Counted from the first letter of the stretch, positions 1 through 10,212 are shown. The stretch is 32,000 bases of DNA from Wolbachia endosymbiont of Cimex lectularius (GCF_000829315.1 NZ_AP013028.1:780001-812000); one strand, 5' to 3'. Notes: generated by a model from the sequence alone, not told the origin. Made by a program: numbers and translations.

Positions 1-2
1 TT

Positions 3-934
3 AGAAGCCTTGTCAATAGCGGTACCAATGTTCTTGCTAGAATAGCTGCTAGTGATGATGATGCCTTAATAGTGCTTGCATCGGAAGAATATTACAACTT
101 TAGTCACAGCCCGGATGATTATCTTCCTCTGTGTTTTGCTGTTTTACGTGTAGTTCGGAAATTGTTGAAACCTTATTAGATGCAGGTTCCCAGGTTAATT
201 TTGCGAATAAAAATAGTGATACTCCGCTACACTTAGCTGCTCTTGTTGAAAATCCAGAAATGGTGAAAATTTTGCTTAGATGGGGCGCAGATCCCAATGC
301 TATCAACATATGTTTTGAAAGACCTTTACACTTTACTGCTTTTCATATTAATGCAGATATTGTTAAAATTCTAAAAGAAGCAGGAGCAAAACTTGATAGT
401 CAAAATCAAGATGAAGAGACACCTTTACACTTAGCTATACTTCATAATAACAATAAAGTAGCTAAAACTCTAATTGAACTAGGGGCGAATGTTAATATTC
501 AAGGTCGTAGAGACGGTAATACGCCACTACATTTAGCTGTCCAGCATAGAAAAGACCCGTCTATTATTTTAGATCTAGTAACAGCAAGAGGCGCTGATGT
601 TAATATTCGGAATAGCCAAGGCAATACACCATTACACCTAATTGCTCGTCAAGCTGAATATGGAGATATCAAAAATGCTGTTAGCTTCATAAATGCAAGA
701 GAAATAGGTCAATCTTGTCGAAGGGAAAGCAGTATCATAGATATTGTCAGAATTTTGATGATAAATGGCGCTGATCCTAGTATTAAAAATAAGCGTGGAA
801 AGGTGCTGGAACACGACAGTGTAACTGAATTTCTAGAGGAAAGGTCAAGGTCAGGTTTAATACAAACACCAGGTTCTAGATTGAGTAATGTGAGTGATGA
901 ACCAATTGCAGGACCTTCCTGGCAACGAAACTAA
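3..934 (+). pseudogene. Ankyrin-repeat protein, 5'-truncated by window edge and frameshifted near nt 131-150
   Basis: ORF 131..934 has repeated ANK motifs (DTPLHLAALVENPEMVKILLRWGADPNA, ETPLHLAILHNNNKVAKTLIELGANVN, NTPLHLAVQHRKD). Upstream frame 3 is open from nt 3 (RSLVNSGTNVLARIAASDDDALIVLASEEYYNFSHSPDDYLPLCFAVLR) and must shift by one nt to join SSEIVETLLDAG. Confidence 0.8.
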
Positions 935-1531
935 CTAAGCTTCACCTCCCACTAGTGGAATGTTGCTCCAACTGCTGCTACCGTAGTTATCAATAGAAGC
1001 GCTCAGGTAATCTGTATCAAAGCGAACGGGCACATCAAATTCAAAACTTGCAGTGATTATTGCATCCTTCATTGGTGGTTTGGTAAACATAATTTCTCCA
1101 GTTGAATAATTCACTGAATATCTTCCTGTCTCTATACCATCTAGGTAAATTTTTATTGTATCATGTACTGGCTTTTTAATCGTTCGTATATGCTTGTCTT
1201 TTCCGCTAACATAGGTTTTGATCAGTTGAAAAGTCGTTTTTTTGTTGTCTCCTATTCCAATTTCTTGGTTGGTGGCTGTGAAATCTGACCAATCCTTAAA
1301 ACGAAACCCTATTGCTCTACCTTTTCGTGCGTTAAAAAATGTTATGAGTTCTGTTAGCTGCTCATTTGATCTGACTCCATAAGCTATGTTGTACCTAGCA
1401 CGCGCATGAGACCAGTTGATATTGCGCTGTTCACAACCATTGTGGGTTGTTACGACATCAGTGGAAAATTCCGGTCCTCCAGTTGAACCGTAAGATATAT
1501 TTTCTGGAAATCTCATTTCTGTAAATGACAT
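935..1531 (-). CDS. Phage/GTA-like tail-associated protein, DUF2460 (TIGR02217-type)
   Basis: Protein MSFTEMRFPENISYGSTGGPEFSTDVVTTHNGCEQRNINWSHARARYN...FFNARKGRAIGFRFKDWSDF is typical of the DUF2460 family. Met at 1531 preferred over 1600. Confidence 0.8.
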   Translation of the reverse strand: MSFTEMRFPENISYGSTGGPEFSTDVVTTHNGCEQRNINWSHARARYNIAYGVRSNEQLTELITFFNARKGRAIGFRFKDWSDFTATNQEIGIGDNKKTTFQLIKTYVSGKDKHIRTIKKPVHDTIKIYLDGIETGRYSVNYSTGEIMFTKPPMKDAIITASFEFDVPVRFDTDYLSASIDNYGSSSWSNIPLVGGEA

Positions 1532-1742
1532 ATGTCCTCCTGAAAAATAAAGTTGAAATAATGTGGCTGAAGAAGGTTTTGGAGGCGTTTCACACAGCAA
1601 ACGATATCATGAAAGTGGCTGAAACTTTATACCACTAAGATAACGTTTTAAACTGCTGCTATATTTATCACACCTACAGTTACTATACTTAAGTTTACTT
1701 GTACTGTCAAGCAAAAAAATAAAATTTTATAGCAAACTGAAA

Positions 1743-2501
1743 CTAGCCTTGTTTATGGCTTAATTCATCTACTTTTTCGCGTAACACATCCAAATCAGTT
1801 GCTCCTACAAACAGACTATCCCCAATTATTAAAAAAGGTGTACCGCCTACTCCTAGGTTCCTTACTAAAAGTCTGCTGTTGTTTATCATCTGTTCAATTT
1901 TGTCCGCATTGTTTTTCATAGAGTCATTGAAGTCGTTTTCATTGATTCCTATGCTTTTCACTATACCCAATATATTTTCGTCTGAACATTCTCCTTTGTG
2001 ATCTAAAGCAGCATAGTGAAAATCAAAATATTTTCCTTTATCAATAAAATAGACAGCTAAAGCACTTTTTGCCGCCTTTAAAGAATCGTTACCAAGTATT
2101 GGAGTGTCCCTAAAAATGTACTTAACTTTGCCGTCATTGATTAACTGTTTTACATCGTCCTTTATGGCTTTGCAATAGCCACAAGAATAGTCAAAAAACC
2201 CTACAGCTATAACATTGCTATTTTCATTTCCTAAGTAAGGATAAATGGAGTCAAATATTTCATTTTTATGCTGTAAGATTTTACCTTTAGCCGCGTTATC
2301 CCGAGCAGCATAACTACTTTTAATTGATTCTTCCCGGAGCGTTTTTATAATCTTATCGAAATTTCTACTTATATAGTTATCTAATCTCTCACCTATATAC
2401 TCATCGTTTAGCACTTGGCTGCGATTTGAGAGCCAATTATTTATTACTGGCAAACTTGCTATTACTATTATTAAAATCAATAGAAACGATATTCTAGACA
2501 T
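1743..2501 (-). CDS. DsbA-family thiol-disulfide oxidoreductase (membrane-anchored or secreted)
   Basis: N-terminal hydrophobic segment, CGYC active site (FFDYSCGYCKAI), cis-Pro region GVGGTPFLIIGDSLFVGA. Confidence 0.85.
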   Translation of the reverse strand: MSRISFLLILIIVIASLPVINNWLSNRSQVLNDEYIGERLDNYISRNFDKIIKTLREESIKSSYAARDNAAKGKILQHKNEIFDSIYPYLGNENSNVIAVGFFDYSCGYCKAIKDDVKQLINDGKVKYIFRDTPILGNDSLKAAKSALAVYFIDKGKYFDFHYAALDHKGECSDENILGIVKSIGINENDFNDSMKNNADKIEQMINNSRLLVRNLGVGGTPFLIIGDSLFVGATDLDVLREKVDELSHKQG

Positions 2502-2777
2502 ACATTTGTTAAAGGACCTGCAGTATAAAATTTTTAGTACCTGTATATTGAAAAAAGCATCTAATATTAATATATAAAAACATTTATATCAAGTGTATTT
2601 TATAACCAGTTTTGCCGCAAGTGCAAACTTTACGCACAATGAAAACTAAGCACGTTGCCACAAAACTCATCAGAAGATTTGATAATGCAAGTGGCCAAAG
2701 CACGCCAGGATAGCCAACTATAAAATACCCTATCCTTTACGCCACGTATAGCAACCGTAAACGCGGCGGTAAAAAAG

Positions 2778-2806
2778 TTGACTATTTTATAACCGCGGCA
2801 TATAAT
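2778..2806 (+). promoter_or_regulatory. Sigma70-like promoter TTGACT-N17-TATAAT for the downstream ATPase gene
   Basis: -35 TTGACT 2778-2783, -10 TATAAT 2801-2806, 17-bp spacer. Flanked by inverted repeat ACCGCGG (2792-2798)/CCGCGGT (2818-2824). Confidence 0.6.
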
Positions 2807-2831
2807 GCTAGCAAACGCCGCGGTAAATTAT

Positions 2832-4301
2832 ATGAATGAACCAATAATTGGTAGGGAAAAAGAAGCAGCCATTCTAGAAAATAAGCTTCATTCCCAATCA
2901 GCTGAATTTATTGCTGTTTATGGTCGGCGTTGTGTGGGTAAAACATACCTAATAAAACAATTTTTCAGTAAACATGCCGATATTTTATTTGAACAGACTG
3001 GTCTTAACAATGGTACTTTGCAGGAGCAGCTTGCAATTTTTACACAGGCGTTATCGAATACTTTTTACAAAGGTGCAAGAATGGCTTTGCCTAAAAATTG
3101 GATGGATGCTTTGCAACAACTCGCACTTGCTATTGATAATAACACACATGAGAATGAACAAGTTGTTTTATGTTTTGATGAATTGCCGTGGCTAGCTACA
3201 AAAAAATCTGGGTTTCTAAAAGCATTAGAATATTTTTGGAACACACGTTGGACATACCGAAAGGGACTTATCTTGGTTGTGTGTGGCTCAGCGGCTTCTT
3301 GGATGTTGGAAAATATAATTTATACCAAAGGGGGATTACATAATCGTATTACTGCAAGAATACCTTTGCAGCCTTTTAACTTACGTGAAACTAAAGAATA
3401 TCTAAGATATTTAGGAGTCAACCTTAATCACCAGCAAATATTGCAGCTCTATATGGCCATGGGAGGAATACCGCATTATCTTAAGGAAGTAAGTAAAGGA
3501 TTATCGGCAGCGCAGAATATTAATGTGATCTGCTTCCAGGAGAATGGTTTATTATTTGATGAATTTGATATGCTGTTCCACTCCTTATATGAAGAGCCAG
3601 AAACATATCTAAGTATTATTCGCGCAATTGCAAAAAAAACAAAAGGAATCAGCAGAAAAGAACTTATAGAAGTAACTAAAATCACTGAGGGTGGTTACTT
3701 AACTACTAGATTAAGGAGCTTAGAAGAAGCTGGGTTTATTGGTGGTTTTTTACCACTGAATAAGGCAAAGAGAGGAGTATATTACAGAATAATTGACGAA
3801 TATATATTATTCTATCTAACATGGATTGAACCGTTTAGGGGAGTAACAAAAAGGGCAATAATAAGTGATGCCCACTATTGGGAGTTAGCAATAAAGAAAC
3901 CAGCTTGGCAAATATGGACAGGACAAACATTTGAAGCAGTGTGTTTTAAACATGCCAATAAAATTAGAAGAAAATTAAATATAGAGCATATAGCAGTCAT
4001 ATGTAGAGATTGGCAATATCACCCAGAGAAGAACAGTAAAGAATCTGGTGCTCAGATTGACTTAGTTTTTGATCAAGAAGATGGGTGTGCAATGCTTTGT
4101 GAAATAAAGTATAGTGATAAACCTTACACAGTAACGAAGGAATTTGTTGAACAATTAAAGAGAAAAGAAGCAGTTTATAGAGAAAGAACAAGGTCGAAAA
4201 AACAGATATTCTGGGTATTGGTTGCTGCAAATGGAGCTTCTGAGAATCAATATCTAAAAGATACGATACATCATGTGATTACACTAGAAGACTTGTTTTG
4301 A
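2832..4301 (+). CDS. AAA-type ATPase, archaeal-ATPase/DUF234-like with C-terminal nuclease-like region
   Basis: IIGREKEAAILENKL, Walker A-like YGRRCVGKTYLIKQF, Walker B VVLCFDELPWLA, C-terminal YFEAVCFKHA...GAQIDLVFDQEDGCAMLCEIKYS (PD-(D/E)xK-like). Start 2832 because upstream Met 2805 lies in the -10 box. Confidence 0.75.
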   Translation: MNEPIIGREKEAAILENKLHSQSAEFIAVYGRRCVGKTYLIKQFFSKHADILFEQTGLNNGTLQEQLAIFTQALSNTFYKGARMALPKNWMDALQQLALAIDNNTHENEQVVLCFDELPWLATKKSGFLKALEYFWNTRWTYRKGLILVVCGSAASWMLENIIYTKGGLHNRITARIPLQPFNLRETKEYLRYLGVNLNHQQILQLYMAMGGIPHYLKEVSKGLSAAQNINVICFQENGLLFDEFDMLFHSLYEEPETYLSIIRAIAKKTKGISRKELIEVTKITEGGYLTTRLRSLEEAGFIGGFLPLNKAKRGVYYRIIDEYILFYLTWIEPFRGVTKRAIISDAHYWELAIKKPAWQIWTGQTFEAVCFKHANKIRRKLNIEHIAVICRDWQYHPEKNSKESGAQIDLVFDQEDGCAMLCEIKYSDKPYTVTKEFVEQLKRKEAVYRERTRSKKQIFWVLVAANGASENQYLKDTIHHVITLEDLF

Positions 4302-4304
4302 GTT

Positions 4305-5780
4305 ATGTACAACAACTTACGCGACTTCATCTCTGCTTTGGAAGAAAAAAAGGATCTAATTAGGGTTAAAAAGGAAGTTTCAACGATCCTTGAAATGACG
4401 GAAATTCACCGTAGAGTTCTGTCAAACAAAGGACCAGCAATCATTTTTGAAAATGTTGTCACAGAAAACGGCAAAAATTCGATTCCAGTTTTGGTGAATT
4501 TATTTGGCACTATTGAGAGAATTGCATTGGGACTGGGTATAAATCCTGGTGAACTGAGGGATCTGGGTAAACTTCTGGCGTTTTTGCAATCTCCTGAACC
4601 ACCAAAAAACCTCAAGGATGCTATGAAGATGTTTCCTCTGCTAAAAGTTGTGTTGTCGATGCGCAGTAAAGTCGTGAGCAAAGCCCCATGTCAAGAAGTG
4701 GTGCTAACTGGGGATGAAGTAGACCTCAGTTTACTACCTATTCAAACGTGTTGGCCAAATGAACCTGCACCGCTTATCACCTGGCCGATTGTGGTAACAA
4801 AAGGGCCAACAGAAAATAAACAAGATAATTTCAATCTTGGAATATATCGTATGCAAGTCGTGGATAAAAAAACGACTCTGATGCGCTGGCTTGCACATCG
4901 TGGGGGAGCGGGTCACTATAAACGGTGGAAGGAGAAGGGGCAAAGCATGAAGTTTCCTGCTGCTGCTGTGATCGGTAGCGATCCCGCAACGCTTATCGCT
5001 GCAGTAACTCCAGTGCCAGAAACATTGTCAGAATACCAATTTGCTGGACTGCTGCGCAAAAAACCTCTCGAACTTGTAAATTGTAAAACTATACCACTTC
5101 AAGTGCCAGCTCATGCGGAGATTGTTCTGGAGGGCTATGTAAGTTTGGATAGATATCAAGATGAAGGGCCATACGGAGACCACACTGGTTACTATAATTC
5201 TGTTGAGCAATTCCCGGAATTCAACATTACTGCAGTCACAATGCGCAAAAATCCAATTTATCTCAGCACTTTTACTGGCAAGCCACCAGATGAACCATCG
5301 ATTCTTGGTGAAGCACTCAATGAAATCTTTGTGCCGATTCTTATCAACCAATTTCCAGAGATAGTGGACTTTTATCTGCCACTAGAGGGTTGTTCCTATA
5401 GAATAGCAGTAGTGTCGATCAAGAAATCTTATCCCGGGCATGCGAAAAGAATTGTTATGGGCATACTTTCTTTCCTCAAGCAGTTTTTATACACCAAGTT
5501 CATGATAGTTGTTGATGATGATATAAATATACGTGATTGGAAAGAGATAATGTGGGCAATATCAACGAGAATGGACCCTGTGCGTGATACAATCATGATA
5601 GAGAATGCACCAATTGATTATTTAGATTTTGCCTCTCCTGAAAGTGGACTTGGAGGTAAAATGGGATTTGATGCGACAAATAAAATTCCGCCTGAAACCA
5701 AACGAGAGTGGAGAAGAAAAATTGAAATGAGCGAAGAAATAGTAAAAAAAGTTACGGAGGAGTGGGAGGAGTATGTCTAA
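4305..5780 (+). CDS. ubiD: UbiD family decarboxylase
   Basis: Protein [27 protein letters not shown]...[24 protein letters not shown]...[18 protein letters not shown]...[22 protein letters not shown] matches the UbiD family. Confidence 0.9.
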   Translation: MYNNLRDFISALEEKKDLIRVKKEVSTILEMTEIHRRVLSNKGPAIIFENVVTENGKNSIPVLVNLFGTIERIALGLGINPGELRDLGKLLAFLQSPEPPKNLKDAMKMFPLLKVVLSMRSKVVSKAPCQEVVLTGDEVDLSLLPIQTCWPNEPAPLITWPIVVTKGPTENKQDNFNLGIYRMQVVDKKTTLMRWLAHRGGAGHYKRWKEKGQSMKFPAAAVIGSDPATLIAAVTPVPETLSEYQFAGLLRKKPLELVNCKTIPLQVPAHAEIVLEGYVSLDRYQDEGPYGDHTGYYNSVEQFPEFNITAVTMRKNPIYLSTFTGKPPDEPSILGEALNEIFVPILINQFPEIVDFYLPLEGCSYRIAVVSIKKSYPGHAKRIVMGILSFLKQFLYTKFMIVVDDDINIRDWKEIMWAISTRMDPVRDTIMIENAPIDYLDFASPESGLGGKMGFDATNKIPPETKREWRRKIEMSEEIVKKVTEEWEEYV

Positions 5781-5972
5781 TGAGAGGTTCGATTCAATGC
5801 TATAATCTTTTTTGAAGTATAGAAACTCGTTATGGTGAAATACATAATTCAACAATTTCGCAAGAGAGTAGTTGGGTTGCGATAAAGGAGATTTTAAGCT
5901 CATGTCATTATACTGTACAATTAAAATAGAAAAGCGTATAAATAAAGCAATTGGAAGTGTAAAGAGAATAAA

Positions 5973-6902
5973 ATGACAAAATACGTCTTGTCCATTGATG
6001 GAGGCGGCATTAGAGGGATCATTCCAGCAATTATTCTGGCAGAAATAGAAAGCAAAACAAAAAAGCCTATTTCTCAAATATTTGATCTCATTGCAGGAAC
6101 TTCAACAGGTGGAATTATTGCAGCTGGGTTATGTAAGGAAGATAATCTGGGAAATCCTCAATACTCAGCTAATGATTTCGTTAAACTTTACGAAGAGTAT
6201 GGACCATATATTTTTAAATCTTCATTCTTTAGACGATCAATACTATCTTGGTTTAATTGTACAAAATACCCACGAAAAAACATTGAATTTGTACTGGATA
6301 AGTATTTTGGTAATGACACCTTAAAAAACACTTTGAGTAAACTATTAATTACAAGCTACGATATTTACAATCATTGTCCATTTTTCTTTAAAAATTGGAA
6401 AGAGAATAAAAAGTTTATCAAGCTAAAAGACGCGTTGAGAGCAACAACTGCTGCACCAACTTATTTTATTCCAAAAAAATTGGAGATTAAACAGATGGAA
6501 AAGGTACTAATAGACGGCGGAGTTTTTGCTAAAAATCCAGCTGCTTGTGCATATGCAAGTGGTAAAGTACTTTTTCCTAATGATGACATAATTCTTTTAT
6601 CTATTGGTACCGGTAGGCTATATCGCCCTATTGAGTACATAAACTCAAAAAGATTGGGAATGATAAGTTGGATCAAACCACTAATAGACATACTATTTAC
6701 TTCAGGTCTTGATGAAGTAAATTATCAATTAAACAAGATTATGGGTAATAGATATATACGAATACAATCGAAACTAAAAGTAGCATCAATTGAGATGGAT
6801 AACACTACACCCGAGAACATGTAGCATCTAAAGCAAGAAGCTCAAGCCATGATTAAACATAATAGAGAAGCAATAGATAAGTTTTGTGATGGCTTTTGCT
6901 AG
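5973..6902 (+). pseudogene. Patatin-like phospholipase with premature stop (ORF 5973..6824 plus in-frame readthrough to 6902)
   Basis: DGGGIRGIIPA oxyanion motif, GTSTGG nucleophile elbow, DGG (LIDGGVFAKNP). TAG at 6822-6824 is followed in frame by HLKQEAQAMIKHNREAIDKFCDGFC. The main domain is intact, so the protein may still be functional. Confidence 0.7.
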
Positions 6903-7130
6903 CAAGTAGGAAGCAAAGAAAGAAAAGCTAAAGGAAAGTGACTGTAAAATGAAGACTTTTAACAGCTTATGTCACAAAAGATGGTAGTGGTAGCAAATTT
7001 CAGAGATAATGGAATAAAGAGAGCCTTTTGCATACAGTTGGCAGGTTTAAGGAAATTTGTAATGTTTGCCTTCCCAATAACAAAAGTTAGTATAACACGT
7101 AGCGGAACGACGGTAGCTATAAGCATTAAG

Positions 7131-7605
7131 AAATTTACTAAGTAGAAAAAAAAGCAAAAGAAGCCCCGTGGTGGCTATTTATTTACTTTTGTGTCGAAAT
7201 GTTGGCGTTTTTTTATCCTAAGCGCTTAATAAGTGCGACTTAGCTGCTTTTTAATGCAACTAACCTTAGCCATAAACATTTAAGAAATTTACTAAGCAGA
7301 AAAACAGGCAAAGAAACCCCGAGTAGCTAGTTATTCACTATCTATCTTATAACATTGGCGTTTTTGATGTCTTAAACGACTTATAAGCACGTTTCAGCTT
7401 GTATAGGTAAAAAAGCAAAAGTTTTAAAAAGACATACAGTGCACATAGTGCGAAAAATTAAACATGAGACGCCAAATGTACTAAGTTTTTTTGTCGTTTA
7501 ATCTGCACAGACTGAAGATAAATAATAGCTTCAGTCTCATTATAAGAGTAACAGCGAAAGTTGTCAAGTAGTTTTTTTGTTTCTATTGGGTAACGGCTGG
7601 ATCAA
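7131..7605 (+). repeat. Dispersed ~450 bp intergenic repeat, copy 1
   Basis: Shares long blocks with 18195-18655, e.g. gaagccccgtggtggct, acttttgtgtcgaaat, gttttaaaaagacatac, attaaacatgagacgcca, aatctgcacagactgaagataaataatagcttca. Confidence 0.85.
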
Positions 7606-7732
7606 ATTGCAATGTTCATGCAGTTGTGACTGAAATTGCGCTAGCTTGCTGATCTATGTAAACATAGGCACTATCCTGTTGATAAAGCTCAAACTAACTG
7701 ATAAATTCTTAACACAGTTATTGTTGAAACAA

Positions 7733-8443
7733 ATGTTTTTACTAAAACCTACACATCTCTCTTATTTTTCCAAAAAAGCCCTACCTTGGCTTGGGGTTGC
7801 GTGTTTTGCATGTTTTTTAGTTGGAGTATTTCTAGCTTTATTCTTCTCTCCAGAAGATTATAAACAAGGAGAAATTGTACGAATTATGTATCTTCACGTG
7901 CCTTCTGCATGGCTTTCTCTCGGAATATATGGGTTAATTGCAGCGCTCAGTTTCATCTCCTTAGTGTGGAATAACAGCATTGCTAGCGTTTTGGCCCATG
8001 CAGCCGCTCCTGCAGGAACAGTCTTTTCTGCAATATGCTTAATCACAGGTAGCATTTGGGGGAAAGGAACCTGGGGCACTTGGTGGGTATGGGATGCAAG
8101 ACTCACTTCAATGTTGATCTTATTTTTCCTATACGTTGGATACCTCTCGCTGTGGGGCGCTTTTGATAATGAAGAAAGAGCTAAAAAATCAGCAGCAGTA
8201 TTTGCCATCTTTAGTGCCGTAAATATCCCCATAGTAAAATTTTCCGTGAACTTGTGGGCTACTCTCCACCAGCCAGCAAGTATTCTCAGAAAAGGTGGAA
8301 TAGCGATAGAAAGTTCTCTACTGCTGCCATTAATTGCAATGTTTATATTTTGTGCCACATTTTTTTTAGTAGTATGGATACTCTGTTCACTTCACCTGAT
8401 TAATTTGCATAAGGTAAAGAGAGAAATTAGTGCGCGGTATTAG
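7733..8443 (+). CDS. ccmC: Heme exporter/cytochrome c maturation permease CcmC
   Basis: MYLHVPSAWLSLGIYG; WWVWDARLTSMLILFFLYVGY (WGTWWVWDARLTS tryptophan-rich motif); internal Met at 7733 matches the expected N-terminus. Confidence 0.92.
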   Translation: MFLLKPTHLSYFSKKALPWLGVACFACFLVGVFLALFFSPEDYKQGEIVRIMYLHVPSAWLSLGIYGLIAALSFISLVWNNSIASVLAHAAAPAGTVFSAICLITGSIWGKGTWGTWWVWDARLTSMLILFFLYVGYLSLWGAFDNEERAKKSAAVFAIFSAVNIPIVKFSVNLWATLHQPASILRKGGIAIESSLLLPLIAMFIFCATFFLVVWILCSLHLINLHKVKREISARY

Positions 8444-8511
8444 ACCTATTACAACTACTTTTCCTGTGTCATCATCTAACTTAGACGGTTTTATGTAAAT
8501 CACTTTCTTTA

Positions 8512-8540
8512 TTGAAAAATTCAGAAAAATGTTGTATAAT
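8512..8540 (+). promoter_or_regulatory. Promoter TTGAAA-N17-TATAAT upstream of the antitoxin gene
   Basis: -35 TTGAAA 8512-8517, -10 TATAAT 8535-8540, 17-bp spacer, 30 nt before ATG 8570. Confidence 0.55.
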
Positions 8541-8569
8541 TGTTACGATAGTAGACTTTGGTAAAATAT

Positions 8570-8788
8570 ATGGCAGATTCAAAAGTTAGTATAACTTTCG
8601 ATCCAGAAACTTCGCAGCATCTTACTGAATTAGCTGAAATTACTAAGGAATCCGTTCAGGAGCTGGCAAAAAGGTTAGTCGTAGAGGGAATTGAGTGTGA
8701 AGTGGAAGACATTGCATTGTACAAAACTATTAAGGAATGTGAGGATGTAGACTGGAGCACAGTGCTATCTGAAAGAGCGAGGACATAA
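8570..8788 (+). CDS. RelB-like antitoxin (ribbon-helix-helix type)
   Basis: MADSKVSITFDPETSQHLTELAEITKESVQELAKRLVVEGIECEVEDIALYKTIKECED; immediately followed by a RelE-like ORF. Confidence 0.7.
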   Translation: MADSKVSITFDPETSQHLTELAEITKESVQELAKRLVVEGIECEVEDIALYKTIKECEDVDWSTVLSERART

Positions 8789-8789
8789 A

Positions 8790-9080
8790 CTGAAATACGA
8801 TATTGTCTACTCAAAAAACTTTACTGAAATAGATTTTCCAAATCTTCCAAAAACAATAAGAGCAAGGATTACAAAGGCGATAAATGAGCGACTTATAACT
8901 GACCCGATTAAATTCGGTAAACCGTTACGTGGCAGGCTAAAAGGGTATAGAAGGATAAGGGTCAATGATTATCGAATCATTTATACTGTAAATATCGTAA
9001 AATATAAAGTGTTTGTTGCTACAGCAGGACATAGAGACACTATTTATGAGAAGGCTAAAAGTACACTTAATAAACTTTAA
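8790..9080 (+). CDS. RelE/ParE-family toxin with CTG at the expected start (absent from ORF track)
   Basis: 97 codons including stop: (L)KYDIVYSKNFTEIDFPNLPKTIRARITKAINERLITDPIKFGKPLRGRLKGYRRIRVNDYRIIYTVNIVKYKVFVATAGHRDTIYEKAKSTLNKL. Classic RelE 'LRG.LKGYRRIRVNDYRIIY...VFVATAGHR' signature. Confidence 0.8.
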   Translation: MKYDIVYSKNFTEIDFPNLPKTIRARITKAINERLITDPIKFGKPLRGRLKGYRRIRVNDYRIIYTVNIVKYKVFVATAGHRDTIYEKAKSTLNKL

Positions 9081-9301
9081 AAGTATTTTTATACAGTCAT
9101 TCTTTCTTTATTGAAAAATTCAGAAAAATATTGCATACTAGCTATAGTAGCAGGCTTCGGATAGCAAATTCAAATACTAATATAGCTTCATAATCATATA
9201 GAAAAATATGCTGGAGAAAATTAAGCAAAATACCTTAGGTCACTTCAAATATTTGCCTGAAGCTGCAGGTTCTAAGATGCCAATGCCATCAAAAAAGACT
9301 G

Positions 9302-9784
9302 TCAAGTACTTTTATTTAGTTTAACTGCATCTTTTGCCTTGTCCAATAGTCCATTAATGAAACCAACTTCGCTTGGTTTATCAAGCAGATCAGATGCAAT
9401 GTTGGTATATTCATTGATAACAACTGGAGCTGGCGTATCACAATTAGCCAACTCACACATTGCAACACGCAAAATTGATAAGCTCAAAAGATTTAGCCGC
9501 GAAAGAGACCAACTTGGATGTAAATAACGCTCTATTATTTTATCGTATTCTTCACTGCTTTCTATAACCTTGCATGACAGCTTCTCTAAGAACTGGTAAT
9601 CAAATTCCTCACATTCAAATATATCTGCTAACTTGTTTACATAGTCCCTAAGCTCACAATTTTCCAGCTCAAAAATGCTTTTGTCGTAACCTATAAAGAT
9701 ATTTGAGTAAGCAACTTGCACAACAAGAAACCTTGCTGTGCTTCTTCTTATACGCCATCCCTTGTCTGTAGGTTCCTCCTCCAT
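9302..9784 (-). CDS. nusB: Transcription antitermination factor NusB
   Basis: C-terminal LSLLSISILR-like '[55 protein letters not shown]'; adjacent to ribH. Confidence 0.88.
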   Translation of the reverse strand: MEEEPTDKGWRIRRSTARFLVVQVAYSNIFIGYDKSIFELENCELRDYVNKLADIFECEEFDYQFLEKLSCKVIESSEEYDKIIERYLHPSWSLSRLNLLSLSILRVAMCELANCDTPAPVVINEYTNIASDLLDKPSEVGFINGLLDKAKDAVKLNKST

Positions 9785-10212
9785 CAGCTTAATTTTTTGT
9801 ATAAATCTATCATGTGCAAAACGGCTGAAGCTGCGTGGCCACCGATGTTCTTTCTGTTCTTATCAGCTCTTACTAAAGCCTTATCTTTGCTGTCAGCAGT
9901 AATTACGCCCATACCAAGAGGTACTGCATAACGCATAACAACTTCATTTAAGCCTTTGATTACTCCTTTACACACGTATTGATAATGATCAGTCTCACCA
10001 CGAATTACGCACCCAAGAGCTAAATAACCATCATAATTAACAGTTCCACTTTTGACCGCAAAAAGAATTGTAGCTGGTATTTCAAATGCACCAGGAACCT
10101 CAATTACATCGTAATCTGCGCCGCTACCTTTTAATTTATCGGTTGCACCTTCAAGCAAAAGGTTTGCTATTTCAGTATAGTAAATTGAATTAACTATTAG
10201 TATTTTCGACAT
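9784..10212 (-). CDS. ribH: 6,7-dimethyl-8-ribityllumazine synthase
   Basis: [64 protein letters not shown]-like [14 protein letters not shown]. Confidence 0.93.
   Translation of the reverse strand: MSKILIVNSIYYTEIANLLLEGATDKLKGSGADYDVIEVPGAFEIPATILFAVKSGTVNYDGYLALGCVIRGETDHYQYVCKGVIKGLNEVVMRYAVPLGMGVITADSKDKALVRADKNRKNIGGHAASAVLHMIDLYKKLS

Noticed and set aside
5622-6077. 151-aa minus-strand ORF between ubiD and patatin genes
   Set aside because: Overlaps both supported coding genes, hydrophobic/Phe-rich shadow ORF.
7894-8358. 154-aa minus-strand ORF inside ccmC
   Set aside because: Antisense to a clear CcmC; no motif.
9210-9329. Small [41 protein letters not shown] after the TA module
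   Set aside because: Only 38 codons and overlaps the 3' end of nusB; cannot be supported without conservation data.
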